From: Deltaproteobacteria bacterium CG11_big_fil_rev_8_21_14_0_20_42_23 | GTDB lineage: Bacteria; UBA10199; 2-02-FULL-44-16 | Length of the DNA stretch: 64,000 bases | Direction: 5' to 3' | Assembly: GCA_002796345.1 (NCBI GenBank) | Contig: PCXC01000081.1 | Span: forward strand, 27,314-91,313 | Position numbers and translations under genes: made by a program | Shown: positions 9,510 through 18,586 of the stretch, one piece after another | How positions within the stretch are numbered: position 1 is the first letter of the stretch | Layout of the letters: the number at the start of each line of letters is the position of its first letter | Notes under the pieces: model-generated | What the model was told of the DNA's origin: nothing | Databases searched by the model: none | Seen by the model: only the letters and a program-made list of their open reading frames with translations

Positions 9510-11218
9510 ACATCCTCCCGGCTTTCTTCGCTTTGCTCACGCGACATTTCTTCAGGAGCTGATATCCCCAAGGTTGTAAGACCACTTCGTAGCACAATCT
9601 GAATATTTTTCAAGAGATAGAGCTTGGCCTCACTTATTGCCTTATCGTCAGAGAGAACACGGTAGCGATCATCTGATTTTGCGAGACTATAAAACGTTTG
9701 AAATTTACGGGCAAGGTCTAACAAATAAAAGGCAACTCGATGTGGCTCCAAGTACGTAGCTGACGCAAGCAGAACTTTTGGATACTCCAGCAAAAAGCGA
9801 ACCAGCTCTAATTCCGCCGGCAACGAAAGGTGCTGCAGGTTTGGAGACGAAGACAACTTGATACCAAGAGAATCTGCCTTTCGGAAAATGCTGGCAATTC
9901 TAGCGTGCGCATATTGGATATAAAACACGGGATTATCGGGAGATGCAGTCCTGGCCAGTTCAAGATCGAAATCTAACTGCGCCTGATGCGAACGCATTAA
10001 AAAGAAATAGCGACAAACATCTTTTCCTATCATTTTGGTAACATCTGCCAGGGTTTCGTAGGTAGCACGTCTGGTAGACATGGAAACCAACTCACCCTTC
10101 CGCAGCAAATTGACCAACTGAATTAACACCGCTTGAAAGTGATCCGCAGAATACCCCATGGCCTGAACGGCAGCTTCCATGCGCTTTACATAGCCGCCAT
10201 GATCGGCTCCCCAAATATCGATAACGCGGTCAAAACCTTGCTGGTATTTGTGATAATGATAGGCAATATCGGCAGCAAAATAGGTGAGACTCCCATCACT
10301 TTTGCGCAGCACTCTGTCCTTATCGTCTCCAAACTCCTGACTTTTAAACCAAAGCGCGCCATCTTGTTCGAAGAGAAAACCTTTGGTCTGCAAATAATCT
10401 AATGCCTCTTGAATTTTGTTTGCTTTGTGAAGTTCTGTTTCGAAAAAATAAACATCGTGCTCAACGCCAACATCTTTCAAGTCTTGCTTGATCTCGGCTA
10501 AAATAAGATCACCTGCGTAGCTACCACAAAAGGCAATGGCTTCTTCTTTCTTTTCATCGCAAAATAAATTTGCTTGTTGCTTCAACACATCAGCAGCAAG
10601 AGAGATGATATAATCACCTTGATAGCAATCTTCGGGAAAAGATATCTTCTGTCCTTTTAGTTCTAAAGCGCGAAGAAAAACGGAAAGTCCAAGCGTACGC
10701 ATTTGAACACCGGCATCATTCACATAATACTCTTTTGTAACGTCATACCCTGCCTTTTTCAAAATGCTTGCAAGCGCATCTCCATATATAGCGCCTCTTC
10801 CATGTCCGATGTGTAGCGGACCCGTTGGATTGGCACTTACAAATTCAATTTGAATTTTTTTTCCTTTTCCAAACTCTGAAGACCCAAAGCAATCGCCTTG
10901 TTCTGAAATGATACTTAAAAACTTGAGATATGCATCGCGATGAAGTGAAAAGTTGATGAAGCCAGGTCCGGCAACATCCACATTGGCGAACAAACTGTTG
11001 TTCACAAGATACGTGCGAAGAATTTCTGCAATTTCTCGCGGCTTTTTTTGTTCTGCCTTTGCTTGAGCAAGTGCGATGTTGCTTGCATAATCTCCGTGAT
11101 CACTTTGCTTTGGACGGGAAACATCGATCATGTCTGGACAAGCGCACTGCAAATCTTTTGCCAATCTCGCTTCATGATAAGCTTGAATAATAGCTTCTCT
11201 TACTTTTTGTTCTATCAT
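9506..11218 (-). CDS. argS: arginine--tRNA ligase
   Basis: Class I HIGH motif (PTGPLHIGHGRGAIYGD) and an ArgRS-type DALR anticodon-binding C-terminus. Confidence 0.9.
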   Translation of the reverse strand: MIEQKVREAIIQAYHEARLAKDLQCACPDMIDVSRPKQSDHGDYASNIALAQAKAEQKKPREIAEILRTYLVNNSLFANVDVAGPGFINFSLHRDAYLKFLSIISEQGDCFGSSEFGKGKKIQIEFVSANPTGPLHIGHGRGAIYGDALASILKKAGYDVTKEYYVNDAGVQMRTLGLSVFLRALELKGQKISFPEDCYQGDYIISLAADVLKQQANLFCDEKKEEAIAFCGSYAGDLILAEIKQDLKDVGVEHDVYFFETELHKANKIQEALDYLQTKGFLFEQDGALWFKSQEFGDDKDRVLRKSDGSLTYFAADIAYHYHKYQQGFDRVIDIWGADHGGYVKRMEAAVQAMGYSADHFQAVLIQLVNLLRKGELVSMSTRRATYETLADVTKMIGKDVCRYFFLMRSHQAQLDFDLELARTASPDNPVFYIQYAHARIASIFRKADSLGIKLSSSPNLQHLSLPAELELVRFLLEYPKVLLASATYLEPHRVAFYLLDLARKFQTFYSLAKSDDRYRVLSDDKAISEAKLYLLKNIQIVLRSGLTTLGISAPEEMSREQSEESREDV

Positions 11219-12585
11219 TGTTCACTCATTTTTGGTCCAAGGATCAAAATCTTTAAAGCTTCAGGATGAAGATATTTTTCTGCAACCTTTTTTATTTTTT
11301 CCGTAGTTACTTTCCCAATTTCGTCTTTATATATTTCTAAATAATTTTTGGGATAGCCATAAAAAGCATAAATCACTTCGTGCTTCACAATTTTTTCTGG
11401 TGCATCAAAAGCAAAAATGAGCTGATTCAAAAGGGCATCTTTTGCGAGCGCAAGCTCATGTTCAGTAACTCCCTCTTCAACAATTACCTCCAAATGCTGC
11501 TTCACTCTCTCAATCACTTCATTGGTGGACGAACTCTTGGTTGCAACGCTAATCGTAAAATCTCCATAATCCGTTTGTGGAGAAAACTCTGAAGAGATCC
11601 CATAGGCTAATCCTCTCTTCACCCTAATATCCGCCATAAGCCGGCTGCTAAAACCCCCACCCCCTAAGATATAGTTGAGCAGCAGTAAAGCATATTTATC
11701 AGGGTTACTTCGCTTTATTCCCAAATGCCCCATACGAATAAAGGATTGGGTAAGTGGGCGCGCAAGGTGCTTGGTTTCCGCCTGAAAGGCAAGTTCAAGT
11801 GGAGCCGGTTGAGGGAGTGCTTCTGCCTCTGAAAAAGCTGGCAAACGATCAAAGTAGCGCTGTAACATGTCTACCACTTCCTCCTCATGAAAATCTCCTG
11901 AAACAGCAAGCATCATCTGCGAAGGAACAAAAGCTTTTTGATGAAAGGCACGAACATCTTTTTGTGAAATAGTTGCAACACTTTTTGCATTCGCTTGACG
12001 AACCCACGGATTATCCCTTCCAAAAAGCAAAGCCGAAAACTCACGTTCCACAAAGGTTTGCGGGTTATCCTTTTCTCGTTTCAGTTCCTCGAGCAAATTT
12101 TTCTTAATGGTTTGCAAACGTTTTGCATTGAGTTGAGGCTGAAAAAGGGTGTCGAGAAAAAGTTCCAAAGCAGGATGAAGATCTTCGCTTAAGGCATGAA
12201 GGCTCACACTCGAAAATTCTTTTCCCGCACTTGAATTCAGTTCAATTCCTAAGGTGTCTTTTCGTTTATCAACTTCACTCGGACCTAAATTTCCTGCTCC
12301 ACCATAATCAAGCAAGGCGCTGGTAATCTCACTCAATCCCACTTTATCCTGCGGATCTTGAAGTGTTCCAGCCTTCACTAAAGCATAGGCACGAACAACC
12401 GGTAATGTATGATCTTCCAAAAAGAAGCACTGCAAACCATTTTTTAATGTCACCACATGTGCTTGCGGTGGAGCATAACTTTTTAACTTTTTACTCTGAA
12501 GCTCTTCAAGATTGTACTTCTTGCTTGCGCAGGAAAAGAGAACGAAAATGAAACATGCTGCAAGAATATACTTTCCGTATTTCAT
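11215..12585 (-). CDS. M16 family peptidase-like protein, non-catalytic subunit (no HxxEH)
   Basis: Pitrilysin fold by similarity to the downstream paralogue but lacks the inverted zinc motif. It has a lipoprotein-like signal peptide (LFSCASKK). Confidence 0.7.
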   Translation of the reverse strand: MKYGKYILAACFIFVLFSCASKKYNLEELQSKKLKSYAPPQAHVVTLKNGLQCFFLEDHTLPVVRAYALVKAGTLQDPQDKVGLSEITSALLDYGGAGNLGPSEVDKRKDTLGIELNSSAGKEFSSVSLHALSEDLHPALELFLDTLFQPQLNAKRLQTIKKNLLEELKREKDNPQTFVEREFSALLFGRDNPWVRQANAKSVATISQKDVRAFHQKAFVPSQMMLAVSGDFHEEEVVDMLQRYFDRLPAFSEAEALPQPAPLELAFQAETKHLARPLTQSFIRMGHLGIKRSNPDKYALLLLNYILGGGGFSSRLMADIRVKRGLAYGISSEFSPQTDYGDFTISVATKSSSTNEVIERVKQHLEVIVEEGVTEHELALAKDALLNQLIFAFDAPEKIVKHEVIYAFYGYPKNYLEIYKDEIGKVTTEKIKKVAEKYLHPEALKILILGPKMSEQ

Positions 12586-14051
12586 AACCCGTGCACCCTT
12601 TCTACCTTCACCATATTTTCAGGAACAAAATACGTTTTTAAAACACGGCTCATGTCTTCTGCTGTTACAGCAAATAGCTTGTCTGGGTAATCATTTAGAA
12701 GTTCCCAACTGTGAAAATTAACTTCAAAACGTGCGAGTGCCAGAGCTAAATTCATATTTTTTTCAAGCGCGAAGACAAATGAAGACTTCACTCTCTTTTT
12801 GAGAAGAAGCAACTCTTCAGAACTGAGAGGATTTTTTTTTAGCTTTTCAATCTCATCTAAAATACTTGCTTCCACTCGAGCCAGTGAAGCTTTTCCAACC
12901 GGCTCTGCCCAAATAAGGAAAAGATTCTCCATGCGAGAACCTGGAAAGTCGCCACTACAACTTACGCTGGATGCAATTTCTTCATCGAAGATAAGTCGTT
13001 TTTCAAGCCGCGAAGATTTTCCATCGCACAGAAGTGTGAGCAACATATCAAAAACAAACTCATCTTCGTGAGGAAGTGTTAGCTTGTGAAACGCCAGCAC
13101 AAGAGCGTTTGAAGCTTCAGATTTGAAACTTGTGCTCACATTTCCATTTTTAAACTGAAGAGCTGGATCAGTTGAAAGTTTTCCAGAAGGTAAAAAAGAA
13201 AAATACCGAGAGATAAGTTTTTTCGTTTCGGAAAGATCTAGACTGCCCACTAAAACTCCGGTCATATTCTTTGCGCCGTAAGAGCGCTTGTGAAATTTTT
13301 TGGCATCAAGATCAGTCAGTCTTGCAATGTCTTCTTCGGAGCCAATAGCAGACCAATGATATGGCCCCTTGGAAAAGGCATTGTTTAAGACAAGTTCCAC
13401 GAGTAATCCATCAGGATTATTTTCTAAGCTTGTTCTTCGCTCTTCAATCACCACATTTCGTTCAATGTAAAAATCTCTGTAGACGGGCCTTCCCACCATT
13501 TCGGACATCGCATACATCCAAAGCCCCAAACGATTGGAAGATAAACTTGCATGGAAGGTTGTAACATCCTTTGAAGTAAAGGCGTTAAAGTCTGCAACCC
13601 CATTTTTTTCCATGAGATCCCATACTTGTTTGGCGTCTTGGTATTGGGCAATTTTTTTATACAAGAGCGCAAGCTCTGTAGTGAGTTCTGTATAACGTTC
13701 TGAAGTTTTGTCGGGATAGAGTTCTGTGCGTTCACGTTCAAGTTGATTTATTTTTTCAAGAAGAGGAGCTTCTTTCCGAAAATCTTTTGTACCAAGCCTT
13801 TCCGAACCCTTAAAGGCCATATGTTCAAACATATGGGCAAGCCCAGTTTTTCCTTCCGACTCATCTACGCTTCCAGCACGAACCATAATGACACCAGAAA
13901 AAACTGGAGCTTGAGGACGTTGAATAATCAACCAACGCATACCATTCGGAAGCGTAAATGCTTCAACTTGTTCTTTGAGGTGTAAATCTGCTGAAAAAAC
14001 TTGGGATGAAAAAAAGAAAAGAAAAATAAAAGGAATAAAAATTTTCTTCAT
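12582..14051 (-). CDS. M16 family zinc peptidase (pitrilysin-like), catalytic subunit
   Basis: Signal peptide, HxxEH inverted zinc-binding motif (GLAHMFEHMAFKG), and the downstream Glu region. Confidence 0.8.
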   Translation of the reverse strand: MKKIFIPFIFLFFFSSQVFSADLHLKEQVEAFTLPNGMRWLIIQRPQAPVFSGVIMVRAGSVDESEGKTGLAHMFEHMAFKGSERLGTKDFRKEAPLLEKINQLERERTELYPDKTSERYTELTTELALLYKKIAQYQDAKQVWDLMEKNGVADFNAFTSKDVTTFHASLSSNRLGLWMYAMSEMVGRPVYRDFYIERNVVIEERRTSLENNPDGLLVELVLNNAFSKGPYHWSAIGSEEDIARLTDLDAKKFHKRSYGAKNMTGVLVGSLDLSETKKLISRYFSFLPSGKLSTDPALQFKNGNVSTSFKSEASNALVLAFHKLTLPHEDEFVFDMLLTLLCDGKSSRLEKRLIFDEEIASSVSCSGDFPGSRMENLFLIWAEPVGKASLARVEASILDEIEKLKKNPLSSEELLLLKKRVKSSFVFALEKNMNLALALARFEVNFHSWELLNDYPDKLFAVTAEDMSRVLKTYFVPENMVKVERVHGL

Positions 14052-14145
14052 TCAAGGTCCTTGGCAAGGAATTCGCGATCACGTTTCCCTAATGGACTCA
14101 AAAAAAAATGCAACGTTTAATCAAATACTTCCGCAGCATTCTCTC

Positions 14146-15048
14146 TTAGAAATGTTTTCCTTTTTTCCAGTAACCAATGCACTTCGAGGCAAGCCTTGCA
14201 GCAATAAAATTTGAACCATGACTGCCCTCTTTTGGCATCAGCTCTACGAGGTCCATTCCAACAACTTCTTTTTCTTGCATAAGACGTCGCAAAAATGAGC
14301 TTGTGTGCAACCAGCTAAGGCCGCCTGGCTCTGGAGTTCCGGTATCTGGAACAAGGGAAGGATCTAAACCATCGATATCGATGGTAAGATAGACTTTTTC
14401 GGTTTTGATTGCCGCCAGCGCTTGGTCAATCCATTCTGGATTGCGGTGAATGTGATGAGCAAAAAAGACTGGCAATTTATCTTTTTTAATCCAAAGAGCT
14501 TCTTCCTTAGAAAGAGCACGAATTCCAATTTGAACGGCAGGAAATTTTTCCAAAATTCTTGCCATCACCGAAGCATGGGAAAGCGGAGTTCCCTCATACT
14601 CTTGACGTAAGTCTGCATGGGCATCGATTTGCACCACGGTGAGGTCTGGATGAAACTTGCCAACCGCACGCACAACAGGAGCGGATATGGTGTGCTCTCC
14701 TCCAAAAACGAAGGGAAGTTTTTTATCTTTTACAATGGCTTCAACTTCTTTTTCAATCAGTGCTACAGATTCTTCTAAGGTAAGATCTTCAAACTGAAGC
14801 GAAGCTTTTGTGTGAAGCCCAAGAAGAAAAGGCTCATCATCAATTTCTTCATCATAAAACTCTACTTGAGTAGACGCCTGCAAAATAGCTTCTGGCCCAT
14901 TAGCTGTACCTTTTGCATAAGAAGTTGTCTTCTCAAGTGGTACCGGCAAAAAAACAACTTTCGCTTTTTCGTAAGTTGCTTCCGATTCGCTGAGACCTAA
15001 AAATTGAATTGAATGTCCACTCATGCTTACCTCAAGGAACAAAAACAA
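14146..15048 (-). CDS. speB: agmatinase (ureohydrolase family)
   Basis: Arginase-family Mn-binding motifs GGEHTIS, DAHADL and DIDGLDPSLVPDTGTPEPGGLS. Confidence 0.8.
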   Translation of the reverse strand: MFLFLEVSMSGHSIQFLGLSESEATYEKAKVVFLPVPLEKTTSYAKGTANGPEAILQASTQVEFYDEEIDDEPFLLGLHTKASLQFEDLTLEESVALIEKEVEAIVKDKKLPFVFGGEHTISAPVVRAVGKFHPDLTVVQIDAHADLRQEYEGTPLSHASVMARILEKFPAVQIGIRALSKEEALWIKKDKLPVFFAHHIHRNPEWIDQALAAIKTEKVYLTIDIDGLDPSLVPDTGTPEPGGLSWLHTSSFLRRLMQEKEVVGMDLVELMPKEGSHGSNFIAARLASKCIGYWKKGKHF

Positions 15049-15583
15049 CGCCAGCTACAACAGTTGTCCATAAACCTGATTTATCACCAACGGCTGATTG
15101 AGTAACGGCGGTTGTTTTCACGATTTCACCAGAAATAGTCCAAGTACCTTTTCGTTCGTTCCAATCTTTTTCTGCGTCAAACTGCACGCCCAAAGTTGTG
15201 GCTAACATTTCGGCAGCGAGATCTTCGGCATAATCTCCAGCCTGCTTTTCAGTTTGTCCAGAGCTGTGATGCTCCGAGATATAACCGTGATGATCTTCGT
15301 TCTTGGGAAGCGAAATACCAACGGAGGCAGCAATAAGACGATGAGGTTCATTGGTTGCAACGTCAGACAAGACGCAGTGTACGATTTGCCCAGGATTGAG
15401 GTGGAGCACACCTTTATTCCGCTGAACAATTTTACAATGTGGTGGGAGGATACTTGAAACCCTCACAAGATTAAATGGCGCAATCCCGGCGTCTCTTAGA
15501 GCATGCTCAAAACTTTGAAGCTTTTCACGATGTCTTCCAACACCCTTTGTGAAAAAGAACCTTTTTGGAACGTATCCTGGCAT
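15032..15583 (-). CDS. pdaD: pyruvoyl-dependent arginine decarboxylase
   Basis: PdaD/AaxB family (MPGYVPKRFFFTKGVGRH...VRVSSILPP with the Ser-Ser self-cleavage site). The start at MPGYV is preceded by AGAGGGAGG; the longer ORF-track start is unlikely. Confidence 0.8.
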   Translation of the reverse strand: MPGYVPKRFFFTKGVGRHREKLQSFEHALRDAGIAPFNLVRVSSILPPHCKIVQRNKGVLHLNPGQIVHCVLSDVATNEPHRLIAASVGISLPKNEDHHGYISEHHSSGQTEKQAGDYAEDLAAEMLATTLGVQFDAEKDWNERKGTWTISGEIVKTTAVTQSAVGDKSGLWTTVVAGVVFVP

Positions 15584-15650
15584 AGAACCTCCCTCTGTTT
15601 TTTTAATTTGGGGCCGCTCACTAACACAGCACCAAAAGCACGACAAGCAT

Positions 15651-15681
15651 AAAAAAAGGCGGCCCTCATTTTTAGGCCGCC
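15651..15681 (-). terminator. rho-independent terminator downstream of the lysine-rich micro-gene
   Basis: Perfect 7 bp stem GGCGGCC/GGCCGCC with a 10 nt loop, followed on the minus strand by U7. Confidence 0.6.
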
Positions 15682-15701
15682 CTTTCCTAGAACATCTCTA
15701 A

Positions 15702-15860
15702 TTACTTCTTCTTTTTACGAGCTGGTTTTCTTTTTGCTGCTTTTTTAGCTGCTTTTTTCTTTGTAGCTTTTTTTCTTTTTGTAGCTTTTTTCTTCGCTAC
15801 TTTTTTCTTTGTTGCTTTTTTTGCTGTTGATTTTTTCTTTACTGTTTTTCTTTTTTTCAT
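15702..15860 (-). CDS. 52 aa lysine/alanine-rich histone H1-like (Hc1/AlgP-tail-like) nucleoid protein
   Basis: MKKRKTVKKKSTAKKATKKKVAKKKATKRKKATKKKAAKKAAKRKPARKKKK. It has a perfect SD (AAGGAGGGG) 6 nt upstream of the ATG and a terminator 20 nt after the stop. It falls below the 60 aa ORF-track cutoff. Confidence 0.6.
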   Translation of the reverse strand: MKKRKTVKKKSTAKKATKKKVAKKKATKRKKATKKKAAKKAAKRKPARKKKK

Positions 15861-16475
15861 ACGAGCTCCCCTCCTTTGGGAAAAAATGTTAGTTGTGCTT
15901 TAAGACATAAAGAATTCTATTGAATTATATAAATATAGTCAAACTATTTTTATAATCTACATATAAATTATATATAATTATAGGTCTTCTTTTTGTGGGA
16001 TATTTTTGCAGCGGACAGCGGAATATGATGAGGAGTGAATTTGAGAAGTGCGTTAAAAAATGAGCTTGCTACTTCTTTCGATTTTTTTGTGATAATTTTT
16101 TTTTATTTTTTTTTGAAGCGAAAGAAAAAAAACGAACTTCTGTAGCCAATAGTTACTTTTTTTCTTCTGCTTTTGTTCGTTGCGTTTCGTTTCTTCTCAG
16201 TAGTTTTTTCTAAAAAAATGGAAACGTTTCCTTAGCAATGATCAACGCTAAAAGTGATTTCGCGTTTAAATATTTTTTGAAAAAAATGAAGTGAACGGCA
16301 ACGGTTGATATAGCTTCATTACATGCCTTCTCAACTTTTCAATCTCAATTTCAAAATATTTTTCAAATAGTTTAAAGTTGAACTTCAATATTTTCACTTC
16401 CGTTTTTGAAAGTGAAACCGAAAAAAAATGTTGTTCTAGAGAAAAAAGATGAGTGAAGGAAAACTTTAAAGCAGC

Positions 16476-16501
16476 AAAAAAAAATGACCCAAATTGGGCC
16501 A
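16476..16501 (-). terminator. putative terminator of the HAD hydrolase gene
   Basis: Imperfect palindrome TGACCCAAATTGGGCCA followed on the minus strand by U9. Confidence 0.45.
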
Positions 16502-16531
16502 TTTTTGAATGCATGAAAAGTATACAGTTTA

Positions 16532-17185
16532 TTAAGGATTGGTGAGCAAACACTGTCTTAACTCACCTACTGTTTCGGCTAGTCTATCTGCTCCGGCATT
16601 TCGGAGTTCTTCTCTGGTGCCATAGCCGTAAGAAACTCCAATAGAGGTGCATTGGCACTTTTTGGCGGCATCTATGTCTGAGGCTCTGTCTCCAATAAAG
16701 ACAGGTTCCATAATTTTTTCATCTTTAATCACTTGCTGAAGCACTTCCTGTTTCAAGAGTGGCTTTTTGAGCGCTGAGCCATAAATTTTGGTAAACAGGC
16801 CCCGGATACCCAAATGATCTAAAACCATCTCACATGAAGCTGTAGGCTTGTTGCTGGCCACATACAGCTTCGCCTCTTTAGAGACGGCGTCGAGCAAACC
16901 CACAATGCCGGGATAGAGCCTGTGCTCGGCAATACCTTCTTTGTGAAAGCGCTCGCGGTAGGAATCGATACACTTCTTTACGAAGCGCTTATCTTTGCGG
17001 CCTGTGACCGTAATGAAGATTTCCTCGAGAGAGTACCCAATGTAACGTTTAAGACGCTCAATAGGAACAGTCTTCTCACCCTGCTGCTTAAGGGCATAGT
17101 TGATACAACGTGGGATGGCCGTGCCAGGATTCACAACGGTTCCATCAAGATCAAAGATATAGGCTTTACTTTTTTGGTTGTTCAT
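16532..17185 (-). CDS. HAD-IA family hydrolase (phosphoglycolate phosphatase-like)
   Basis: Motif I FDLDGTVVN, motif III K, and motif IV GDRASDIDAA. Confidence 0.75.
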   Translation of the reverse strand: MNNQKSKAYIFDLDGTVVNPGTAIPRCINYALKQQGEKTVPIERLKRYIGYSLEEIFITVTGRKDKRFVKKCIDSYRERFHKEGIAEHRLYPGIVGLLDAVSKEAKLYVASNKPTASCEMVLDHLGIRGLFTKIYGSALKKPLLKQEVLQQVIKDEKIMEPVFIGDRASDIDAAKKCQCTSIGVSYGYGTREELRNAGADRLAETVGELRQCLLTNP

Positions 17186-17263
17186 GAGCGGGGGCTTGTA
17201 GATGAAATACTTTATTTTTTCAAGAAAAAAAACTCAAACCATTGTAAATACTTGGGTTTTTGA

Positions 17264-18586
17264 TCATCCACGTTTCTGCTCTAGTTGCGCTAAATGCCTT
17301 TTTAGGCGCATTTGGGCCGTCTCACCAGCGTATTCCAAAAGAAATTTTAGACAGGCCGGCCCTATAATTTCGTTGACGGCAATAGCCGCAATACAAATAG
17401 TTTTAAAGGTACCACCCCATTCTTGGAATGCTTGAGAAACTAAAAGAACCATTCCAATGCTCACCCCCGCCTGTCCAATAAACCCAAGCCAAGAAAAACG
17501 GCGGATAAAGACATCTTCACCAGACAATTTTGTGCCGACAAAAGTTCCAAAAAACGTAACGAGAAGACGAATCAAAACAAGGAAAAGGGCAATATGCCAA
17601 TACTCCTGCATGGCAACAAGATTGATACTTGCACCAGCAAGAGAAAAGAACATGATGTAAACCCACAGCGATCCCCGCTCAACTGCAGTTATGAAGTCTT
17701 CCCCCCATGGCGTAAAGTTTTCCACCAAAAATCCTGCAGAAAGGCACGTCAGTAAAAAGTGAAGATGTAAAAGTTCTGTAAAATAAACAATGAAAACGGA
17801 AAGCCCCAGCACGAACAACACCAACTCTCTGCGAATAAAACGAAGGTAAAGTGAAACAAGTATTGCAATAACTCCACCTGCAAAAAGTGATGCGATCATA
17901 TTGAGCAACTCATGAGAGAGTTCTCCCAATTCAATTGCCTGTCCACTGTTCAAACTTTTCGCAAGTGCCATACAAAAAACAAAAAGGAGAAGGACCAACA
18001 CATCTTTAATGACGGTAACACCCAGAACGATGTCGGTAAGTCGCCCTTTCGATTTCGTTTCAACAATAACTGCAACCGTAGCAGCTGGAGAATTTGCTGT
18101 AGCAATAACTCCAAAAAGAATTGCGATGGAAAGTGATGTGAACAGTGGTAACTGGCCAAGAGGATGAAAAAAATGCAAGCCCAGTAAAGTAAGAAGAGAA
18201 GCTCCAAAAAAATGAATTATAATTTGTGACGTCGTAAGGGTTAAAATTGTTCTCAGTGATTTTTTTACATTTTTAAGTCTCAACGCACCACCAGCTGTAA
18301 ATGCTATGAGCGCAAGAGCAAGATGGTCAATAGGCTGAAGCAAAAGCATAGAATCGAAAGAAATAAAACCAAGAAGGTATGGTCCACAAACAATTCCACT
18401 CAGAATATATCCCGTGATGTGAGAAAGATGAATTTTTTCAGCGATGCGACCAAAAAGAAATCCAATCACTATCAGCAAACCAAGTGAAAATGCAGCTTTC
18501 CCGCTTTGAGCATCACTGGCGTAACTCAGGTGATAAATAAAATAAGTAAGAAGAGCGAGGGAAAGAATAAGAAAGATCTTTTTCAT
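17264..18586 (-). CDS. cation:proton antiporter (CPA/Na+-H+ exchanger family) membrane protein
   Basis: About 12 predicted TM helices. The ATANSPAATVAVI segment resembles the CPA ATDP(V/A)AV motif. Confidence 0.55.
   Translation of the reverse strand: MKKIFLILSLALLTYFIYHLSYASDAQSGKAAFSLGLLIVIGFLFGRIAEKIHLSHITGYILSGIVCGPYLLGFISFDSMLLLQPIDHLALALIAFTAGGALRLKNVKKSLRTILTLTTSQIIIHFFGASLLTLLGLHFFHPLGQLPLFTSLSIAILFGVIATANSPAATVAVIVETKSKGRLTDIVLGVTVIKDVLVLLLFVFCMALAKSLNSGQAIELGELSHELLNMIASLFAGGVIAILVSLYLRFIRRELVLFVLGLSVFIVYFTELLHLHFLLTCLSAGFLVENFTPWGEDFITAVERGSLWVYIMFFSLAGASINLVAMQEYWHIALFLVLIRLLVTFFGTFVGTKLSGEDVFIRRFSWLGFIGQAGVSIGMVLLVSQAFQEWGGTFKTICIAAIAVNEIIGPACLKFLLEYAGETAQMRLKRHLAQLEQKRG

Noticed and set aside
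15202-15457. Track ORFs 15202-15429 (-) and 15254-15457 (+) inside pdaD
   Set aside because: These are out-of-frame ORFs fully nested in a motif-supported gene, with no independent signals.
15861-16531. Possible chromosomal replication origin (AT-rich with TTGTGATAA and TGTGGGATA words)
   Set aside because: No good matches to the TTATCCACA DnaA box (each candidate has one or more mismatches or an indel). No dnaA/dnaN/gyrB nearby. The flanking genes are a HAD hydrolase and a histone-like gene.
16266-16553. 95 aa ORF in the AT-rich island
   Set aside because: Low-complexity Phe/Lys-rich translation of A/T tracts. It overlaps the HAD gene terminator and has no SD.
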